Shown here in pieces: positions 58,239 through 64,000 of a stretch of DNA of 64,000 nt. A model generated the notes under the pieces. The model was given only the letters and a program-made list of their open reading frames with translations, searched no databases and was not told the DNA's origin. A program made the position numbers and the translations under genes. How positions within the stretch are numbered: the first letter of the stretch is position 1; each line of letters begins with the position of its first letter. This stretch comes from Candidatus Omnitrophota bacterium (GTDB taxonomy: Bacteria > Omnitrophota > Gorgyraeia > JABMRN01 > RBG-13-46-9), in NCBI GenBank assembly GCA_013203315.1, contig JABMQJ010000007.1, forward strand, positions 1 through 64,000. The letters run 5' to 3'.

Positions 58239-59294
58239 TTAAAAATACGCGTCGGGAGATCCGGCGACTTTACTGAAATCTTCAAGCGCCCTTTCTCTGT
58301 CACCTAAGTTTGCATAAATGCTGGAGCGCAATCCATACGCATAAGGTAGCCAGGAGCTCTTATCGCGACTCCCTATAATTTCTGTTAAAACCTCTACACT
58401 TTCATCAGGCCTTTTTTCATCCCGCAGCAAAAGAGCCAGAAAAAAACGCGTCTTATCCCTTAGAGCCGAAGAGGCGCTTTTATCCAATATTTCCAGATAT
58501 AGTTCTTCCGCCGCTTCTTTTCTTCCTGCTAAATGGTAATTCCTGGCCTTGAAATACAAAAATTCGTTAGGCTCGGAGAATTTTCTTTTATTACTCAGAA
58601 TATATGCTTCCTGTACGGCATAAACAAATAATTTTCGTAAAAACTCTGGAAAAAATCCGAGTGGTCTGATACGCGACCCCTCCTTTGTAACTATGTAGCC
58701 CGGCGTCCTATAATACATAGTAAGATTTTCTTCGTTTTCCCACCATGGGTTATAACGGGCGAATTCCCGAACCCTTTCATTTTTGAGCACTATATCAAAG
58801 TCTTCGGTGATATCGGACATCGAAGCCATTTTTCCGTTTTTGTTAAGAAATTCGATATCATAAGCCGCATCCACTAAAACCCACCTCTTGCCGTCCCAGG
58901 CTTCCGCAATGCTATGCGGCGAAGACCCTTTCGCATTGGATAAAAAAAGTAGCCTTGTGGTTATACCTTGTTTTTTCGCAAGCTGTATAAAGACCCTGCT
59001 TACCTGGTCGCACCACCCTATACCCGAAACAAGCTTGTCAATTCCAACGGTATCCAGTCTATTCTTTTCGCCGTACACCGGATGCACGTTTTCATGCGTA
59101 AAGTTTCTTAAGAGGCGCACCTTTTCCTCGAATACATCGCTTCGGCCTGCAACCTCACCTGATATGTATTCCATAAGAATTGAATTATAATTTTTTTCCT
59201 TTACCAGTTGGCTAAATAGCACAAAAGAAAAAATTAAAATTATCGCTAAACTTACGAAGAAAATCGGCCTTTTAATATTGCTAATCGGAAACAT
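58239..59294 (-). CDS. Membrane-anchored transglutaminase-like (Cys-His-Asp) domain protein with TPR repeats
   Basis: N-terminal TM; GIGWCDQ...HSIAEAW..RWVLVD; C-terminal TPR-like helices (AYGLRSSIYANLGDRERALEDF). Confidence 0.7.
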   Translation of the reverse strand: MFPISNIKRPIFFVSLAIILIFSFVLFSQLVKEKNYNSILMEYISGEVAGRSDVFEEKVRLLRNFTHENVHPVYGEKNRLDTVGIDKLVSGIGWCDQVSRVFIQLAKKQGITTRLLFLSNAKGSSPHSIAEAWDGKRWVLVDAAYDIEFLNKNGKMASMSDITEDFDIVLKNERVREFARYNPWWENEENLTMYYRTPGYIVTKEGSRIRPLGFFPEFLRKLFVYAVQEAYILSNKRKFSEPNEFLYFKARNYHLAGRKEAAEELYLEILDKSASSALRDKTRFFLALLLRDEKRPDESVEVLTEIIGSRDKSSWLPYAYGLRSSIYANLGDRERALEDFSKVAGSPDAYF

Positions 59295-59303
59295 ATCTTG
59301 TAG

Positions 59304-60032
59304 CTACTTTTTTTTGATTTTTTTCGTCACCAGGATATTGGCGCGATGAAGCGAATCAAAGGTTCCGCTATCGGTCCACCACCCTTTTAGAATACTGTAC
59401 GTAAGTTCGCCTTTTTTTAAATACGCGTTATTTACATCGGTAATTTCGAGCTCCCCTCTCCCGGAGGGCTTTAGCGTCTTTACAATGTCGAAAACCTGAT
59501 TGTCGTACATATAAATACCTGTAACAATATAATTTGATTTCGTTTTTTTTGGTTTCTCTACGATCCCAGATATGCGCATTTTATCATCGAATTCAACGAC
59601 ACCGAAACGCTCAGGATCTGGAACCTTCTGCACCATGACCTTCGCCCCTCTAGGTTGTTCCCTGAAATCTTCCACTGCCTTTTTTATGCTTTTTTCTATA
59701 ATGTTGTCTCCGAGAATAACAACTATTTTGTCGTTGTCTGCAAAATGTTCCGCCAGCCCTAATGCCTCGGCGATACCGCCTTCTCCCTCCTGATAAGTAT
59801 AATTTATGTGTTTTAGCCCGAACTGATGCCCGTCACCCAAAAGGCGCAGGAATTCGCCCGCGTGATTGCCGCCTGTAACGATCAAAATATCTTTTATGCC
59901 TGCCTCGACAAGGGTTTCTATGGGATAATAGATCATGGGCTTATTGTAAATCGGCAATAAATGCTTATTTGTAATTTTTGTCAAGGGATACAGTCTTTTA
60001 CCTAAACCACCTGCTAAGATTACGCCTTTCAT
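59304..60032 (-). CDS. rfbA: Glucose-1-phosphate thymidylyltransferase (short SpsI-type)
   Basis: ILAGGLGKRL.PLT..NKHLLP, LGDN, EKP, SGRGELEITD, WWTDSGT; ATG 60032. Confidence 0.9.
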   Translation of the reverse strand: MKGVILAGGLGKRLYPLTKITNKHLLPIYNKPMIYYPIETLVEAGIKDILIVTGGNHAGEFLRLLGDGHQFGLKHINYTYQEGEGGIAEALGLAEHFADNDKIVVILGDNIIEKSIKKAVEDFREQPRGAKVMVQKVPDPERFGVVEFDDKMRISGIVEKPKKTKSNYIVTGIYMYDNQVFDIVKTLKPSGRGELEITDVNNAYLKKGELTYSILKGWWTDSGTFDSLHRANILVTKKIKKK

Positions 60033-60034
60033 GT

Positions 60035-60481
60035 TTATTTCCTCCAATCGAACGGTATATCGTTTTTATAAGGATCTAACCTGTGTTCATCCGGACTCTT
60101 GTGATTATATATCTCTGTCGGTGTGTTTATTACAACTGACTCCTCATCCGCTACCCCTTTGAACCCGTGATACACGTTATTCGGAATAGAGACGAGCTTC
60201 GGATCCTCGAGGCTAAGTGCGATATCCATTGTTTTCTTAAAAGTAGGAGAGCCTTCTCTTGCGTCATACAGCCCTAAACGGATTTTTCCTTTAACACAAC
60301 AGAAATTATCCCTCTGGAGTTTGTGATAGTGCCAGGCTTTTACAACGCCCGGTTTCACTGTTGTCATATAAACCTGTCCGAATTTTTCAAAAAGTTCATC
60401 GTCGGAGCGCAATATTTCCATGAGTCTTCCGCGCTCATCAGGAATAATCTTTAATTTTTTTATCTTTACACCCTCTATCAC
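60035..60481 (-). CDS. rfbC: dTDP-4-dehydrorhamnose 3,5-epimerase family (SpsL-like)
   Basis: DERGRL, KAWHYH, DAREGSPT, IP..VYHGF cupin motifs; within rml cluster. Confidence 0.85.
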   Translation of the reverse strand: MIEGVKIKKLKIIPDERGRLMEILRSDDELFEKFGQVYMTTVKPGVVKAWHYHKLQRDNFCCVKGKIRLGLYDAREGSPTFKKTMDIALSLEDPKLVSIPNNVYHGFKGVADEESVVINTPTEIYNHKSPDEHRLDPYKNDIPFDWRK

Positions 60482-61783
60482 TTAAATCCTCCTCCCCATT
60501 CCAATATAAACAAATCCCATCTTTTTCATCCTTCTCGGGTCATACATATTCCGGCCATCAACTATAATCGATCGTTTTAATAGTCTTTTTAACTTCTTAA
60601 AATTGAGCTTTTTAAACTCATCCCATTCTGTAACAACGGCTAAACAATCACTTCCCTTTGCAACAGCGTATGGATCGCTGCAAAATCTCAGTTTCTTATT
60701 TTTAATTTCTTTTTTCGTGTTTTCCATTGCCTGCGGATCATATACCTTTACAAAAGCTTTTTCGTCCAGTAATCTTTTTATTATACCAAGCGAAGGAGCG
60801 CTCCTTATATCATCCGTATCAGGTTTAAATGAAAGGCCAAGCACACCGATTGTCTTACCCTTGACTCCACCAAGTGATGCATGGATTTTGTTGAAAAATA
60901 CTACCTTCTGCTGTTCGTTGATATCCCCCACATTCTTCAACAATTTAAAGTCATAGCCCAATTTCTTACAGATATGTATAAAAGCGGCGACATCTTTCGG
61001 AAAACATGATCCGCCAAAGCCAATACCGGCATTAAAAAAACTCTCATTTATTCTCTTATCCATCCCAATGCCTTTGGCTACCTCAACCACATCTGCCCCT
61101 GTGCGTTCGCAGATATTACTGATTTCGTTGATAAATGAGATTTTTGTGGCAAGAAATGCGTTTGAGGCATGTTTTACTATTTCCGCACCCTTAATATCGG
61201 TTATGATGATGGGGGCATTAAGTGGTTTATAAAGTTTTGTCATCAATCTTTTCGCTTTTTCCGTTTCAACGCCGACCACAATCCTGTCAGGATGCATGAA
61301 ATCCTTTATTGCGGAGCCTTCCCGTAAAAATTCCGGATTACAGGCAATATCAAAGTCCACGCGTTTTTTCTTTAAAAATCTGATTGTATCCTTTACCCAT
61401 TCACCGGTTTTTACCGGAACAGTGCTTTTTTCGACTATAAGCTTATATGACTGCATATGGCGTGCTATTTCGTGGCAGACTTTCTCGATATTCGAAAGGT
61501 CGGCTTCGCCGTTTTTTCGGGCCGGTGTTCCCACGCAAATAAAGATTATCTCGGATTTTTTAATGCTGTCTTTAATATTTGTTGAAAAAGAAATCCTGCC
61601 TTCTTTTATGTTGCGCTTGACCATTTCCGCGAGGCCGGGCTCGTATATGGTAATCTTTCCTTTTTTAAGGGAAATGACCTTTTTAGGGTCGCTGTCTACG
61701 CAGTAAACACGATTACCCAAGTTCGCAAAACAAGCCCCTGTTACAAGGCCAACATATCCTGTACCGATTATAGTAATCTTCAT
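60482..61783 (-). CDS. ugd: UDP-glucose 6-dehydrogenase
   Basis: IGTGYVGL, CVGTP, KSTVP, NPEFLREG, GFGGSCFPKD, FKPDTDDIR; ATG 61783 follows GGGAG. Confidence 0.95.
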   Translation of the reverse strand: MKITIIGTGYVGLVTGACFANLGNRVYCVDSDPKKVISLKKGKITIYEPGLAEMVKRNIKEGRISFSTNIKDSIKKSEIIFICVGTPARKNGEADLSNIEKVCHEIARHMQSYKLIVEKSTVPVKTGEWVKDTIRFLKKKRVDFDIACNPEFLREGSAIKDFMHPDRIVVGVETEKAKRLMTKLYKPLNAPIIITDIKGAEIVKHASNAFLATKISFINEISNICERTGADVVEVAKGIGMDKRINESFFNAGIGFGGSCFPKDVAAFIHICKKLGYDFKLLKNVGDINEQQKVVFFNKIHASLGGVKGKTIGVLGLSFKPDTDDIRSAPSLGIIKRLLDEKAFVKVYDPQAMENTKKEIKNKKLRFCSDPYAVAKGSDCLAVVTEWDEFKKLNFKKLKRLLKRSIIVDGRNMYDPRRMKKMGFVYIGMGRRI

Positions 61784-61817
61784 TTTCTCTCCCTTTATAT
61801 GGCTTGATAAGATTATT

Positions 61818-61846
61818 ATTATACCAATAAAGGGGGTCTTTGACAA
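61818..61846 (-). promoter_or_regulatory. Sigma70-type promoter heading the glycan locus
   Basis: TTGTCA-N17-TATAAT with extended TGn, in the lptD-ugd spacer. Confidence 0.7.
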
Positions 61847-61866
61847 CGAAAAATAGAGGAAAAACC

Positions 61867-63999
61867 TTAGCGTTGAATGCCAGGTCGGGCCCTTTGGTAG
61901 GTTGTTCTGAAAAGCCCTATAGGTATCTTTGGGAATGCCTTCAACCTAAATACGAGCCATGTGGTATATTCGTCGCCTCGCTTATTAAAGGTGACTTCGG
62001 CTTCCCAGCAGTGAAGATCTTTAAATACGGTGTATTCCTGCTCTTCCCATTTCTCATTTGAAAAATCAAAACGCTGGTAAACTTTGACTTTCCACTCATC
62101 GTTAATCCTGTAGAACAATTCTCCGGTAAGCTGGTTTGTCTTGCCTGCATCAGTAGCTTCATACCGTTGTCCCAAACCGAGCGAAAAATCCTTGCTCATG
62201 TCGATATACACGTCTATGTTAGCGGAATTGAGGTCATTGTCCTTGCTGTCCAGGGTCATGTTGGAATCTATTGAAAGCCCAGGATACGGGTTAACTTCCA
62301 GGTCGAATCTTATGTCGCCGAATTTACCTACCCCCTTAGGCCTGAAGCCCCCCTTTTTCAGCCTGAAGTCATAATTCGTGCTCACGATAAAAGTTGCAAG
62401 ATCCACTGTTTTCATGTCACCATTCTCGGATCTTTTGGTCTGGAGTTTGTTTTCCAGTGAAAAATCGAAACCGTTGTGGTATTCAATGTCGTCTATCTCG
62501 TCAAACTGATATAGGTTATCCGGCGATATGGTCGGCTGATGCCTGAAAAGGTACCCGACTGTCGGGGTTACGACGTGGCGCAAGCGGTTTAAGTCCAGCC
62601 CTAAGATATTCGAGTTCACGTCAAAAATGTTGTAGAATTTCGTGCTTAAATCAATGCCTTCTTCGTAAAGGCTCCGAAGTTGCGATTTCACTTTCCATCT
62701 ATTTTGGGAATAAAATGTCTGTCGCGTCGCCATAAAGGGTGTCGCATATAAAAAGTTAAAAAGCTTCGCTGCATAAGAAAGCTTGTAGTAATTATCCATT
62801 CTCACGCTTTCTTCGCGCGATTGATTGGTGTCATTGTCGTATCGTTTAACAAAGTTTGTCATGGAATTTTTACTAAAATAATAAAAATTGGTATCCCAAA
62901 GCCTTTGATTGTTTATCTCCAGGTTCAGCTCCGGAAGCCTTTCTACGACGGTAAAAAAGTTGTTCATCCTCTTACGCGTGAGAACGTTTATTATATAATT
63001 CGGTTTTCTTGTTTCCACAAGAATATAGTTGTCGGGATTGGGGTCTTCTTCATACTCGCGGTAAAAATAATCCTTGATAATGTTTCTATCGCTTAGCTGG
63101 TTATACTCCATGGTTAGGTAGGTATCTTCCGGGAGCTCGAGGTTATGCATGAACTGTATTCTCCAACGATCGTCTTTTGATCCGCTGGGATCAATAGCAA
63201 AGTCATCGTTTTCGTGGGCATAATAAAATCTTGCTACACCCGTTCCCAGCTCCTTGGTGTTATACTTGTAGTCGAAGCCTTCGCCAAATCCTTTCTTTTC
63301 CCTGTAATCAATATGTATATTTCCTTTTGCATTTTCGTTAAGATAATATCTCCACGCCGTAAGAGCGTAATATCCCCAGTCGCTGGTCCGTCCGGGCACT
63401 ATGGTAACTTCCGGCCTCTCTTCCCAAAGCGGCTGAACATAATACGGCATAAAAAGAACGGGCAAATTTCCTACGTAAAGGCGAATGTTCCTGGCAACTA
63501 CTTTATCATCAAGAAAAATCCGAACTTCTTTTGCCTGGACCCTGTAATGGGGTTTTTCTAAATCGCAAGTCGTTACGTAGCCTTTTTCTAGCTCGAATTC
63601 CTTGTCACCTTTTTGCTCCACCCGTTCGGCCTGGCCGTATAAAGGTTTCGCTTTTATCTTGCTATCTATGGCATATCCTCTCTTTGTCGCAAAATTATAA
63701 TGAATCTTCTCGCCCTCCATCGACATGCCTTCCTGGCTGATTTTGACATTCCCTTCGCATATGGCTTCTTTGGTATCCATGTAAACAACGATTTTGTCGC
63801 AGCGAAGTTCTGTTTCGCCGTAATCAACGGAAACGCCTCCGTGGCCCGTAACTTTTTTCTCCTCATGGAAATATTCGACCTTATTCCCTTTAACAATAAT
63901 GGGCTCTTTGGATTTTTTAACGCTATCGAGAATATCTTTCTGGATAGCGTATGTCTGCGACGCAGGAACCTGCGTCAATATAAGGGATAATACAATGGA
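61867..63999 (-). CDS. lptD: LPS-assembly outer-membrane protein LptD (5' end outside the window)
   Basis: Frame open to the window edge with signal-peptide tail SIVLSLILTQVPASQTYA; OstA-like domain, TTCD..PHY, ERLPEL, RHVVTP, FDEID, beta-barrel with HCW. Confidence 0.85.
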   Translation of the reverse strand, partial: SIVLSLILTQVPASQTYAIQKDILDSVKKSKEPIIVKGNKVEYFHEEKKVTGHGGVSVDYGETELRCDKIVVYMDTKEAICEGNVKISQEGMSMEGEKIHYNFATKRGYAIDSKIKAKPLYGQAERVEQKGDKEFELEKGYVTTCDLEKPHYRVQAKEVRIFLDDKVVARNIRLYVGNLPVLFMPYYVQPLWEERPEVTIVPGRTSDWGYYALTAWRYYLNENAKGNIHIDYREKKGFGEGFDYKYNTKELGTGVARFYYAHENDDFAIDPSGSKDDRWRIQFMHNLELPEDTYLTMEYNQLSDRNIIKDYFYREYEEDPNPDNYILVETRKPNYIINVLTRKRMNNFFTVVERLPELNLEINNQRLWDTNFYYFSKNSMTNFVKRYDNDTNQSREESVRMDNYYKLSYAAKLFNFLYATPFMATRQTFYSQNRWKVKSQLRSLYEEGIDLSTKFYNIFDVNSNILGLDLNRLRHVVTPTVGYLFRHQPTISPDNLYQFDEIDDIEYHNGFDFSLENKLQTKRSENGDMKTVDLATFIVSTNYDFRLKKGGFRPKGVGKFGDIRFDLEVNPYPGLSIDSNMTLDSKDNDLNSANIDVYIDMSKDFSLGLGQRYEATDAGKTNQLTGELFYRINDEWKVKVYQRFDFSNEKWEEQEYTVFKDLHCWEAEVTFNKRGDEYTTWLVFRLKAFPKIPIGLFRTTYQRARPGIQR

Positions 64000-64000
64000 G

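Noticed and set aside
690-63990. Numerous 60-180 aa ORFs in the track, antisense to or nested in the long CDSs
   Set aside because: Shadow frames of well-supported genes with no recognisable motifs
1-64000. CRISPR arrays, rRNA/tRNA, IS elements, integrases, recoded stop codons
   Set aside because: None seen; intergenic gaps are short and major genes are full length in the standard code
1-64000. Taxonomic assignment (gene style reminiscent of Candidatus Omnitrophota)
   Set aside because: Impression only; no marker gene or search available to support it

Overview
The whole 64 kb window is one very large cell-surface glycan biosynthesis locus of a diderm, LPS-producing bacterium. It has about 58 CDS, nearly all on the minus strand and tightly packed, and lies directly downstream of a 5'-truncated lptD. 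It encodes nucleotide-sugar pathways: Ugd, RmlABCD, WbpA/WbpP-like enzymes, Uxs plus a stand-alone ArnA-type decarboxylase, pseudaminic acid (PseB/F/G-H/I and a PseA-like amidotransferase), WecB, three DegT aminotransferases, two Gfo/Idh/MocA dehydrogenases and two hexapeptide acyltransferases. It also carries a Wzx flippase, three GT4s, six GT2s (five polyprenyl-phosphate type), eight GT-C/Wzy-like polytopic membrane proteins, five B12-dependent radical SAM enzymes plus one SPASM/twitch radical SAM, three class I methyltransferases, a sulfotransferase-like protein, a LicC-like cytidylyltransferase and two winged-helix regulators. The main hypothesis is a modular radical-SAM / lipid-carrier / GT-C glycan-tailoring system. 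Signals seen directly in the DNA include a perfect 36-bp palindrome over a promoter with a G7 spacer, a probably leaderless MarR gene with an operator over its start codon, a ~70-bp deletion scar of hisH-hisF, and a collapsed SGNH pseudogene. No rRNA, tRNA, CRISPR or IS element was seen. All product calls come from motif recognition, not database searches.
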